NCBI RefSeq assembly: GCF_008065095.1
Contig: NZ_CP042911.1
Span: 4,170,001 to 4,202,000 of the forward strand
Length of the DNA stretch: 32,000 nucleotides
Source: Gemmata obscuriglobus
GTDB lineage: Bacteria; Planctomycetota; Planctomycetia; Gemmatales; Gemmataceae
Direction of reading: 5' to 3'
Under the pieces are notes generated by a model. That model was not told the DNA's origin and made no database searches. It saw only the letters and a list, made by a program, of their open reading frames with translations. A program made the translations under genes and the position numbers. Below are positions 13,783-22,855 of the stretch, piece by piece (position 1 is the first letter of the stretch; each line of letters starts with the position of its first letter).

Positions 13783-16700
13783 TCAGTTCGCGTCGGCGGG
13801 TTCGGCCGGTGCCGGTTTGGGCCGGAGCAGGCTGTACATGACCGGCACGAAGAACAGGGTGTACGCGGTGGCCACGGTCAGGCCGCCGATAACCGCCCGG
13901 CCGAGCGGGGCGTTCTGCTCGCCGCCCTCGCCGTGCCCGAGCGACATCGGCAGCATCCCGGCGATCATCGCCATCGCGGTCATCAGCACGGGGCGGAGCC
14001 GCGTCGAGCCCGCCGCCAGCGCGGCGCGGCGGCCGTTCAGGCCGGCCGCCCGCTTCTCGTTGGCGAACGTCACCATGAGAATGCTGTTGGCGGTCGCGAC
14101 GCCGACGGTCATGATCCCGCCCATCAGGGCCGGGACGCTCACCGTTGTTCCGGTGGCGAACAGCGCCCACAGGATGCCCGCCGCGGCGCCCGGCAGCGCC
14201 ATCAGGATCACAAAGGGGTCGGTCCACGACTGGAAGTTGACCACCATCAGCAGGTACACCAGCAGCACCGCGAACAGCAGCCCGAACCCCAGCCCCGCGA
14301 ACGACTCGTCCATGCTCTCGATCTGCCCGCGGATCGCCAGCGTGCTGCCCTTCGGCAGGGTGCCGCGGGCCTCTTCGACCACCGCCTTGATGTCGGCCGC
14401 GGCGCCGCCCAGGTCGCGGTCCTGCACGGTCGCGCACACCTCGTACACCGTTTGCACGTTGTAATGGCTGATAAGGCCGGACGACTCCGCGCGCCGCACC
14501 GTCGCCAGATTGGAGAGCAGTTGCGGCTCGGTCCCCTCGCCGGTGACGGGCGTGCTGAGCAGCGCGTCGACCGAGTCGATGCGGGTCTGCGGGGTCTGCA
14601 CGGCGACCCGGTAGTTCACGCCGTTCTTCGGGTTCACCCAGAAGTTGGGCGTGCCCTGGAACGACGAGCTGAGCGAGACGAGCAGCGACCGGGCGGCCTC
14701 CTGCTGGGTCACGTTCAGGCCGCTGGCCATCACCCGGTCCACGTCCACGCGGATCTCGGGCGCGTCGGCGATCTGCCGCAGCCGCACGTCCACCACGCCC
14801 GGGATCTTGCTCAGCTTCTCGCGCAACTGCTTCGCGACCGCGAGGTTCTCCTCGCGCCGCACCCCCACCACCTGCACGTTGACGGGCGCGGGCTTGCCGA
14901 ACGTGAGCACCTGGCCGGTCACGTCGGCCGGGAGGAAGTCGAACGTACACCCCGGGAAGCGCTTGGGCAGCTCCTGACGCAGCTTGCGGATGTGGTCCGC
15001 GGTCGGGCGGTGTTCGTGCTTCAGCGACACCAGGATTTCGCCGTCGTACACGCTCACCAGCTCGTTGTTGATGTACGCGGTGTTCGTGTAGAACGGGGAC
15101 ACGCCCATGTTGTCGATGACCGTGTCGCGCTCCGCGTCGGGGATCTGCTCGCGGATCACGTCCTCGATCTGCCCGAAGATCCGCTCGGTCTCTTCCAGCC
15201 GCGTGCCCGCGGGCGCCCGGACGTGCAGCCGGATCTGGCCGGCGTCGACCGTGGGGAAGAAGTCGCGGCCGATGAACGGGACCAGCGCGAACGACCCGAT
15301 TGCGAACCCGAGCATGAGCGCCACCGTGACGCCGCGGTTGTGCAGCGCCCAGTCGAGCAGCCCGCGGTACGCCTGGCGGACCCGCTCGAACGTGCTCTCG
15401 AACTTCGCGTGCAGCTTGCCGAACACGCCCGACGGGGCGTCGTGCTGTCCGCTGGCGTATTGTCGGGCCTCGCGCCCCAGAAGGAACAGCATCAGCGTCG
15501 GCACCAGCGTGCGCGACAGGAAGTAGCTCGCGAGCATCGCGAAGATCACCGCCATCGCCAGCGGGATGAACAGGTACGCCGCCGGGCCGGTGAGGAACAC
15601 CACCGGCACGAACACGATGCAGATCGCGAGCGTCGACACGAGTGCGGGAATCGCGATCTGCTGCGCCCCGTCGAGGATCGCGTGCCGGAGCGGCTTCCGC
15701 ATCGCCATGTTGCGGTGGACGTTCTCGATCTCGACGGTCGCGTCGTCCACCAGGATGCCGACCGCCAGCGCCATCCCGCCCAGGGTCATCACGTTGAGCG
15801 TCTCCCCGAACGCCCAGAGGCAGAGGATCGAACACATCACCGACAGGGGGATGGAGATGATGATGATCAGCGTCGAGCGCCACGAGCCGAGGAACACGAG
15901 GATCAGCAGGGCGGTCAGGCCCGCGGCGACGGCGCCCTCGTGCAGCACCCCGTTCACCGACTCGCGAACGAACACCGACTGGTCGAACAGCACTTCGAGT
16001 TTCAGTTCGGGGGGAAGTTGCGCCTGGATGCCCGGCAGCGCCTGCCGCACGCGGGACACGACTTCGATGGTGGACGCCCCCTCGCCCTTCATAATGGGGA
16101 GCAGCACCGCCCGCTTGCCGTCGCGGCGCACGACGTTGGTTTGCACCGCGTAGCCGTCCCGCACCTGGGCCACGTCCCGGAGGTAAACGGGCGTGCCGTT
16201 CACCGTCTTCACCGGCATCTGGTTGAACGCCTCGACCAGTTCCGGGCTGCTGTTCACCTTGATGTTAAAATCGGTTTCGCCGATTTTGGCGGTGCCGGCG
16301 GGGAGGATCAGGTTCTGCGCGTTGACCGCCGTGCTGACGTCCGCGGCGGACAGGCCCCGCGCGTAGAGCTGCTGCGGGTCCAGGTCCACCATGATCTGGC
16401 GCGGCTTGCCGCCGTAGGGCTGAGGCACGCGCGCCCCCTGAACCGTGCCGAGCCGCTGAATGATGAAGTTGGCCGCGTAGTCGTACAGCTCCGCTTCCGT
16501 AAGGGTGTCACTGGAGACCGCGATCTGGGCCACGGGGACGCTGGTGGCGCTGTACCGGACGATGTACGGCGGGGTGGTGCCCTGCGGCATGTTGCTCAGC
16601 ACCGTCTGACAGGTCGCGGTCACCTGGGCGGTGGCGGCTTCGATCTTGGCGTTCGGGCGGAAGTAGATGCGGATCACCCCCGTGCCCGTGTAAGCCTGAC

Positions 16701-16947
16701 TCTCCATGTGCTCGATGTCGTTGACTGAAGCGGTCAGCACCCGCTCGGTGACGAGGAGGATGCGCTTTTCGATGTCGTCCGCGGGCATGCCCGAGTACAG
16801 GTACACAACTGTTACAACGGGGATGTCGATGTCGGGGAAGTTGTCCTGCGGCATCTTGTAAATCGCGACGATCCCGACCACGAGGATCAGCAGCGAGACG
16901 ACAACGAACGTGTACGTGCGGTCGAGGGCGAGTTTGACGATCCACAT
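13783..16947 (-). CDS. RND efflux transporter permease (AcrB/HAE-type, 12-TM)
   Basis: 1054 aa from the ATG at 16947-16945 (MWIVKLALDRTYTFVVVSLLILVVG). It shows typical AcrB-family organisation, with two large periplasmic loops and conserved TM4 (GMALAVGILVDDATVEIEN) and TM10-like segments. Confidence 0.92.
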   Translation of the reverse strand: MWIVKLALDRTYTFVVVSLLILVVGIVAIYKMPQDNFPDIDIPVVTVVYLYSGMPADDIEKRILLVTERVLTASVNDIEHMESQAYTGTGVIRIYFRPNAKIEAATAQVTATCQTVLSNMPQGTTPPYIVRYSATSVPVAQIAVSSDTLTEAELYDYAANFIIQRLGTVQGARVPQPYGGKPRQIMVDLDPQQLYARGLSAADVSTAVNAQNLILPAGTAKIGETDFNIKVNSSPELVEAFNQMPVKTVNGTPVYLRDVAQVRDGYAVQTNVVRRDGKRAVLLPIMKGEGASTIEVVSRVRQALPGIQAQLPPELKLEVLFDQSVFVRESVNGVLHEGAVAAGLTALLILVFLGSWRSTLIIIISIPLSVMCSILCLWAFGETLNVMTLGGMALAVGILVDDATVEIENVHRNMAMRKPLRHAILDGAQQIAIPALVSTLAICIVFVPVVFLTGPAAYLFIPLAMAVIFAMLASYFLSRTLVPTLMLFLLGREARQYASGQHDAPSGVFGKLHAKFESTFERVRQAYRGLLDWALHNRGVTVALMLGFAIGSFALVPFIGRDFFPTVDAGQIRLHVRAPAGTRLEETERIFGQIEDVIREQIPDAERDTVIDNMGVSPFYTNTAYINNELVSVYDGEILVSLKHEHRPTADHIRKLRQELPKRFPGCTFDFLPADVTGQVLTFGKPAPVNVQVVGVRREENLAVAKQLREKLSKIPGVVDVRLRQIADAPEIRVDVDRVMASGLNVTQQEAARSLLVSLSSSFQGTPNFWVNPKNGVNYRVAVQTPQTRIDSVDALLSTPVTGEGTEPQLLSNLATVRRAESSGLISHYNVQTVYEVCATVQDRDLGGAAADIKAVVEEARGTLPKGSTLAIRGQIESMDESFAGLGFGLLFAVLLVYLLMVVNFQSWTDPFVILMALPGAAAGILWALFATGTTVSVPALMGGIMTVGVATANSILMVTFANEKRAAGLNGRRAALAAGSTRLRPVLMTAMAMIAGMLPMSLGHGEGGEQNAPLGRAVIGGLTVATAYTLFFVPVMYSLLRPKPAPAEPADAN

Positions 16948-17040
16948 GGGGCGGCCCCTGAGATGTCGCGGCGCGACGCGGCATCGCGATTCGAACCGGC
17001 GGCAACCGGGAATACCCAAACAGGGGCGGCAGGCTGTCAG

Positions 17041-17056
17041 CGATTATCGATAATCG
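17041..17056. promoter_or_regulatory. Perfect 16-bp AT-rich palindrome in the divergent RND / GntR intergenic region; candidate operator
   Basis: cgattatcgataatcg is its own reverse complement. It lies 94 nt from the RND ATG (16947) and 78 nt from the regulator ATG (17134), and is followed by a further overlapping atcgat. Confidence 0.45.
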
Positions 17057-17133
17057 ATAAACAAGATGCAATAGCCGGCATGCGTATTGTTTACAGTGAA
17101 GAATTGAAGCGGCACTCTCCCCGAGGCTCGCGC

Positions 17134-17793
17134 ATGTCTGTGAAGAAGGGCAGCGTTCGGGATCACGTCCGACGGGCGCTGACCGAGCGAATTCTGGCGG
17201 GGCACTATCAGCCCGGTGAGCGGCTGATCGAGTTGCAGCTCGCGCGCGAGTTCGGAACGAGCCAGGGGTCGGTGCGCGAAGCGCTGCGGGAGTTAGAAGC
17301 GTCGCGGCTGGTCGAAACGAAGGCGCATCGCGGCACCTACGTCCGAGTCGTCGGTGCGCCGGAGATCCGCGAGGCCTACTTCGTCCGCGGCGTACTCGAA
17401 CAGGCTGCCGCCCTGACAGCGGCCCCGGCACTCGCCGGCCGTGCAGAAACGTTGCGCCCCGGTGTCGCAGCAATCCTGCGGGCCGCCGACGCGAAAGATT
17501 ACGCCGACCAGGCGGCCCAGGTGTACGCATTGCACCGCACGATTGTGGCCGCGTCCGGCAACGCCACCCTGTTGCGGTTGTGGGAGGCGCTCGCGTTTGA
17601 AACGTGGGTGCGAATCCGGTTGGGCTGGGGCGAAATTAACCGCAAACTCGCGGAAACATCCTACGAACGCATCCTCGCCGTTCTGGACCGCGGGGACGGC
17701 GTTACAGCCGGCACACTGCTGCGAGAGCACGCCGCCGCCTTTTCTCCCCCGCCTGAAACAGACACAAACGCGGAGCTTGTTCAACCAACCTAA
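17134..17793 (+). CDS. GntR-family transcriptional regulator, FadR-like (FCD) subfamily
   Basis: 219 aa from the ATG at 17134. The N-terminal winged-helix part is LIELQLAREFGTSQGSVREALRELEASRLVETKAHRGTYV, followed by an all-helical C-terminal ligand domain. It is divergent from the efflux operon. Confidence 0.85.
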   Translation: MSVKKGSVRDHVRRALTERILAGHYQPGERLIELQLAREFGTSQGSVREALRELEASRLVETKAHRGTYVRVVGAPEIREAYFVRGVLEQAAALTAAPALAGRAETLRPGVAAILRAADAKDYADQAAQVYALHRTIVAASGNATLLRLWEALAFETWVRIRLGWGEINRKLAETSYERILAVLDRGDGVTAGTLLREHAAAFSPPPETDTNAELVQPT

Positions 17794-18116
17794 CCACGAG
17801 GAACGACGAAGCCGGAGGGCAGGGGCCAACACACCATCACCGGGAGGCTGACACAGGAGTGTGACGTAAGACGTTAAATGGAAAGGAAAAGCGGCAGTAA
17901 TGTGGCCGGATGCAATTCGCGTTGTTGAGCAGGCTCATCGGTACACTGCACATTTCGCTGATGTGTGCTGCGGGCGAGGACAACTTTGCTACCACAGGAA
18001 CCCTCGACGAGTCAAGTGAGGCGGTGCGCAAAATGGTCAAATTTTGCCGTCTCGGGTAGACATGGGATCATTGATCAGGTAGCTTTAATTTTCCACACTG
18101 CCGCGAAGGGTACCCT

Positions 18117-18776
18117 ATGAAGCTCCGCGTGTTCCTGCTGACGGTCACGCTCGCCCTCTTTAGCGGGGCCAGCGCTCGGGCCGACTACCAGTACCAGTTT
18201 GTTAGCAGTACCGGTCAGACTTCCCCGACTACCTTCAATGTGGACCTGAATGGTACCATCAACATTCAGGTCTACTTGGTTCAGACCGCCCCTCCTACTG
18301 ATCCAAAGCAGGATCTTTCCCAGCATGGCTTGGTTGCTGGGGGGGTACGTCTTAACTACATGAACAACAATGTTCAAGTCGCTGGAATTACTCCCAACTC
18401 TCTTACTGCCGGTCAGTTCGAAAGCGCCTCGACCACCATTGCAAACAGCAAAAAATACGCCCGGTTGAACGTGATTAACGACGTTGACGGGGGCGCGGTG
18501 ATGCCTGATAGCAACGGGCGCGTGCTGCTCGGAACATTCACGTTCACGGGCATGTCCATGGGGCAGACTCTCGTCTACACGAGCGACGCGAGTAGCGGTG
18601 TCGATAACATACTCGCTAACGGTCAGTTCCTCGACTCGATGATCAACTACTCGGCTTCTCAGATCACGATTAACGTCGTGCCGGAACCGGGGACGATGGT
18701 TCTTTCTGGGTTACTTGCCGTCGGGATTGCGGGCGGGGCGGCTCGCCGGCTCCGCCGTCCGGTTGTGGCTGCCTGA
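18117..18776 (+). CDS. PEP-CTERM sorting-domain secreted protein
   Basis: 219 aa. The signal peptide is MKLRVFLLTVTLALFSGASARA. The C-terminal motif is VPEPGTMVLSGLLAVGIAGGAARRLRR (PEP motif, TM helix and basic tail). G+C is visibly lower than in neighbouring genes. Confidence 0.85.
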   Translation: MKLRVFLLTVTLALFSGASARADYQYQFVSSTGQTSPTTFNVDLNGTINIQVYLVQTAPPTDPKQDLSQHGLVAGGVRLNYMNNNVQVAGITPNSLTAGQFESASTTIANSKKYARLNVINDVDGGAVMPDSNGRVLLGTFTFTGMSMGQTLVYTSDASSGVDNILANGQFLDSMINYSASQITINVVPEPGTMVLSGLLAVGIAGGAARRLRRPVVAA

Positions 18777-18794
18777 TTTCTTAAATTTGCCTTC

Positions 18795-18836
18795 ATGCCG
18801 GCGGCCGGATCGGAAATCCGATCCGGCCGCCGGCAT
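18795..18836 (+). terminator. Perfect 42-nt palindrome (stem of up to 20 bp) after the PEP-CTERM gene
   Basis: atgccggcggccggatcgga / tccgatccggccgccggcat (18795-18836) is followed by ttgctcatt. It lies 19 nt after the stop. Confidence 0.6.
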
Positions 18837-19167
18837 TTGCTCATTCCACGCCCTCGTGTCGTAGCTTCTGTGTGGCGTTCGGTGTTTTTAGCGTACTCAA
18901 GATGAAGAACTGGTCGCTTTGCAGTAGATGAAATCGGCGCGTTTTTTGTTTGGTTATAGATTCGTGGCGTCTTGCTCATCTTTTGGCTTTTCGATCGCAG
19001 AATTAGACACAGTAATCGTTACGGGAACAATCCAAGTAATTGCCCAGCGATTCCAGCACCCATCACACGCGACATTGCGCTCTGATACAGGTGCTTGGTG
19101 GCTGTGTCGCACTTCTTGACGAGCCGCGACCGTCCAGGAGCGGGGCACGAACGCGCGATGGGGATGC

Positions 19168-19253
19168 GAGGACCGTTTTGACAGGATCGACAAGATGAAC
19201 AGGATTTCAAATTGATCGGTCTTCATCCTGTCGATCCTGTCAAAACGGTCCTC
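19168..19253. repeat. 32-bp inverted repeat (31 of 32) with a 22-nt spacer, REP/MITE-like
   Basis: gaggaccgttttgacaggatcgacaagatgaa (19168-19199) pairs with ttcatcctgtcgatcctgtcaaaacggtcctc (19222-19253). It is flanked by imperfect direct repeats at about 19104-19144 and 19316-19356. Confidence 0.7.
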
Positions 19254-19514
19254 ATGAACCGTTCCGCCCGCACGGGGCGCAAGAACGCGGCCCGTTCTCG
19301 TACTCATGCCCTGTGGTCGTGTCGCTGTTCTTGGCGAGACGCGACCGCCCGAGGGCGGCATGCACGCTACCGCTCCCGGCTCGTCAGAAAGCGACACCCA
19401 CGACGGGTTCATGTATGAGGGAGACGCTCATCGCACGTTGCTCCACATCGTGGGAAAATGGTAACTCATCGCGAGTCTCGCTCTGTCAAGTATAAAGTCC
19501 GGTACAATGCCAGT

Positions 19515-20489
19515 ATGAGTGCCGAGAAGTATTTGCGGCCCGATGTGATCCGCCAAGTGGCGCGGCTCGATCTGCGGGCGAAGTTCATCGTTCAGGGGTT
19601 TCTGACGGGTCTGCACCGCAGCCCCTTCCACGGCTTCTCCGTGGAGTTTTCGGAACACCGCAAGTACAACCCTGGTGACGACCTCAAATCCCTCGACTGG
19701 GGTGTCTACGCCAAGACAGGTAAGTACTTCGTCAAGAAGTACCAAGCCGAGACCAACATGACGGGCTATCTCGTCATGGACCTGTCGAAGTCGATGGACT
19801 GGAACGGCCCGGCGGAGGCACGCAGGGCCGGCGTGAAACTCGACTGGGGCGCGTTGGGTGCGGCCGACGAGACGCTGACCAAGTTCGATTACGCCGTGTG
19901 TCTCGCTGCCGCGCTCGGATACCTGATGATCTACCAGCAGGACCCGGTCGGGTTGGTGGCGTTCGACACCAAGCTGCGCACCGTCGTGCCGCCGAAATCC
20001 AAGCGCACGCAACTCGGGACCATTCTTTCGGTGCTCGCCAACCTCAAAGCCACTGGCGAGACCAACATTCCGGAGAGTCTGTTTCAGCTCACGTCCATGA
20101 TCAAGGGCAAGAGCCTGATCATGCTCTTCAGTGACCTGTTACCCACTACTGACGATTGGAAGAGCGAGGCGGACGCACTGGTCCGCAGCCTGTACCGGTT
20201 ACGGTATGCGGGCCACGAGGTGATCGTGTTCCACGTGCTGGATGTGCTGGAGGCGAAGTTCCCGCTCGCGGGGTTGGTCGATTTCCAGGACGTGGAGTCC
20301 GACGAGCACCAAGAGCTCGACGCGCAAGGCATCCGCGACGACTATGTCACGTTCGTTGAGGAATTCCGGAACTACGTCCGCACGGAATGCGCCTCGGCGA
20401 ACATCGACTACCTCGGGGTGGATACGTCCGTGGGGTTTGACAAGGCGCTGATCGAGTACTTGGTTCAGCGGCAGCGACGGTTCAGTTGA
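19515..20489 (+). CDS. DUF58 domain protein (vWA-like, normally MoxR-associated)
   Basis: 324 aa from the ATG at 19515. The N-terminal hallmark is GLHRSPFHGFSVEFSEHRKYNPGDDLKSLDW, followed by the vWA-like core LVMDLSKSM...VGLVAFD. Confidence 0.8.
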   Translation: MSAEKYLRPDVIRQVARLDLRAKFIVQGFLTGLHRSPFHGFSVEFSEHRKYNPGDDLKSLDWGVYAKTGKYFVKKYQAETNMTGYLVMDLSKSMDWNGPAEARRAGVKLDWGALGAADETLTKFDYAVCLAAALGYLMIYQQDPVGLVAFDTKLRTVVPPKSKRTQLGTILSVLANLKATGETNIPESLFQLTSMIKGKSLIMLFSDLLPTTDDWKSEADALVRSLYRLRYAGHEVIVFHVLDVLEAKFPLAGLVDFQDVESDEHQELDAQGIRDDYVTFVEEFRNYVRTECASANIDYLGVDTSVGFDKALIEYLVQRQRRFS

Positions 20490-20769
20490 TGCCGCCAGCG
20501 GGAAGGCACACATGTGGATGCGGCTCGGATTCGCCGGACTGTCTTTGCCGCTGAAGAGGAAAGTGAGGTCCTAATCACCACTCAAGGGATAGTAACGAAC
20601 CCAGGCCGTGTGGACAGTCGAATCGCAAGTCGATGCCTGACAAGGGATTCGAATATCTAAGTCCCTGGCGGCTATTGCGGAAGCACTCCAGGGCGATTGC
20701 GAACTTATGTCGAAAGTCAGTTGCGGCCGAACTGCGCCAGCAAGAACCAAAACCCTTGAAAACCTAGAG

Positions 20770-20853
20770 TGCGAAGGGGGGGACTTGAACCCCCACGATC
20801 TTGCGATCGACAGAACCTAAATCTGTTGCGTCTGCCAATTCCGCCACCCTCGC
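20770..20853 (-). tRNA. tRNA-Leu (anticodon UAG), class II with a long variable arm
   Basis: Hand-folded from the minus strand. The acceptor is GCGAGGG/CCUUCGC (one G-U). The D arm is GCG-GAAUUGGCAGA-CGC. The anticodon arm is ACAGA-UUUAGGU-UCUGU. The variable arm is CGAUC-GCAA-GAUCG. The T arm is GGGGG-UUCAAGU-CCCCC, the discriminator is A, and CCA is not encoded. Confidence 0.9.
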
Positions 20854-21434
20854 TTGCGACCTTTTACCCATCGTAGTGAGCATTAGGCTACTACCGCAAC
20901 GCAGTAGAATCAACACGCATTTTCCAATTCCCAGGACTACGGGGCGGACTCGCAAGCGTTCAATTTGGGTAACGACCTGAGTTGACTTGTGTCACTGCGA
21001 AAGCGATGGAAGCCAATGATTTACGCTTCCCAATGCTGTTACCGGTCATCGAGTCTGGGTCTCTGGTGCCGTGCCTCATTCACCGCACTAACGGTAGGCT
21101 TGGGCGAACCCGCACTCGTGTGCCCGTGCTGCCGGTGCTGGTTCGCGTGTGGCAGCGAACGAAACCGGCTGAGCCGACCGGCCAAACTTTGCGGGCGCGC
21201 CACCAAAATACCGGCATTTACGAACCCATCGGAGTCACGATTGGGGTACCCGGACGGCACACGCGATGGACCAAAGACGAGATTGAGGGCACGCCGGAAA
21301 CGCAGTCGAGAAGAAGGTGAGGCGACGTTCGCCAACGTGCAACGATCCCGACTCATTGGTCACTACCAAAGTCGGCGCAGGGCGGCGCGGTGAACGAAAC
21401 TGCGCCGTGTGGATCTTCAATCAATGAACAGGGT

Positions 21435-21957
21435 TTAACGGAACTTGTTCGGGTTCATTTGCATAGCGACGCCCGCGGCGGCCCTGATGATCGCGAGTAT
21501 CAGGCCAATGATCCCGAGTACCAGTCCGGCAACGGCCATCCCCTTGTTCTCGGTTTTTTTCATCCCCAAAGAGCCTGTTGTGATCGCACCGATCGAGGTC
21601 GCAATGCCGACCAACGGGCAACAGCACAGTGGGAGTGACAAAATGCCGAGCACCAGCGCCGTTACAGCCTGCCCGTTGCCACCTTGCGAACGCCGCCGGG
21701 GGCGGTAATCATCATCGTCATCATCGTAGTCACGCCGGCGTCGCCGCGGACGGTCATCGTCGTCATCATCGCGCGAACGACGTGATCGCGAGGTTGTACC
21801 CCGAATCTGACCGCCGGATGCCGAGTTCCCGGGCTTCTTGGTGGTCGCTACGAACACTTGGAGGCAGTGGCCGCACTCCACCTCTTCGCCCTCGTGGGCG
21901 GCATGGACCCTCGAGCTGGGTGTTGCACGTCGGGCACGTGACGCGAATATCGGGCAT
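21435..21957 (-). pseudogene. Zinc-ribbon (MJ0042-type) / Asp-Arg-rich linker / DUF4190-like two-TM protein, interrupted by a 1-nt frameshift (paralog 1)
   Basis: The ATG at 21957 gives MPDIRVTCPTCNTQLE, then the frame breaks. The downstream frame (track ORF 21435..21881, whose 'M' is a GTG) continues (V)ECGHCLQVFVATTKK...DDDDDDRPRRRRRDYDDDDDDYRPRRR...ALVLGILSLPLCCCPLVGIATSIGAITTG...AGLVLGIIGLILAII. Nucleotide alignment with paralog 2 shows one extra C in the run at 21908-21910 (plus strand). Confidence 0.65.
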
Positions 21958-22103
21958 TGGCACTCGCGGGTGTGGCGACGGATTCGGTGCTCGCAAGTTG
22001 TGGGCGACCGGTTACCGACTGGTGCGGCTTTGACGAGAGTGTCCCTGCCGGCGGCCGTTCAAAGACGCACTGCCAAGGAGGCGCTGACAATGACGAGCGG
22101 CGT

Positions 22104-22703
<600 letters not shown>

Positions 22704-22855
22704 TGGTACTCGCGGTTTGAGTGACGGTAACGTTTCGCTACTGTAACGCCTTCTGTTCCGGAGACTACTCGCGCGGAACGTCCGGGACCGGTGCGGCAGA
22801 ACCCTCGAACGCCTTTGGCGCGCAGACCAAAAGCAAGCCGCGCACAATTGGTTGC

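Noticed and set aside
13694-15883. Upstream 730 codons of track ORF 12434..15883
   Set aside because: This is an out-of-frame read-through of the RND gene region with Arg/Gly/Pro/Asp-rich nonsense composition. The real adaptor protein begins at its membrane anchor (GTG at 13693).
13933-16728. 931-aa plus-strand ORF
   Set aside because: It lies entirely antisense to the RND permease gene. The low-complexity Arg/His/Gly/Asp-rich translation marks it as a shadow ORF.
18850-19514. ORFs 18928..19119 (+), 18954..19412 (-), 19019..19210 (-) and 19212..19418 (+)
   Set aside because: They run through the inverted and direct repeats (giving ILSILSK / PVDPVKT-type pseudo-peptides), have no domain signatures, and overlap each other.
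20982-21393. Overlapping ORFs 20982..21320 (+), 20989..21393 (+) and 21039..21356 (-) next to the tRNA
   Set aside because: Three mutually overlapping frames are open. None has a recognisable domain or convincing codon bias, so the region is reported only as unexplained non-coding-like DNA.
21435-21881. Treating track ORF 21435..21881 ('MECGHC...') as an independent intact gene
   Set aside because: Its 'M' is a GTG corresponding to the internal Val of the VECGHC motif in the intact paralog. The first half of the zinc ribbon, with a proper ATG and conserved upstream sequence, lies 76 nt upstream in another frame. The locus is better explained as one frameshifted gene.
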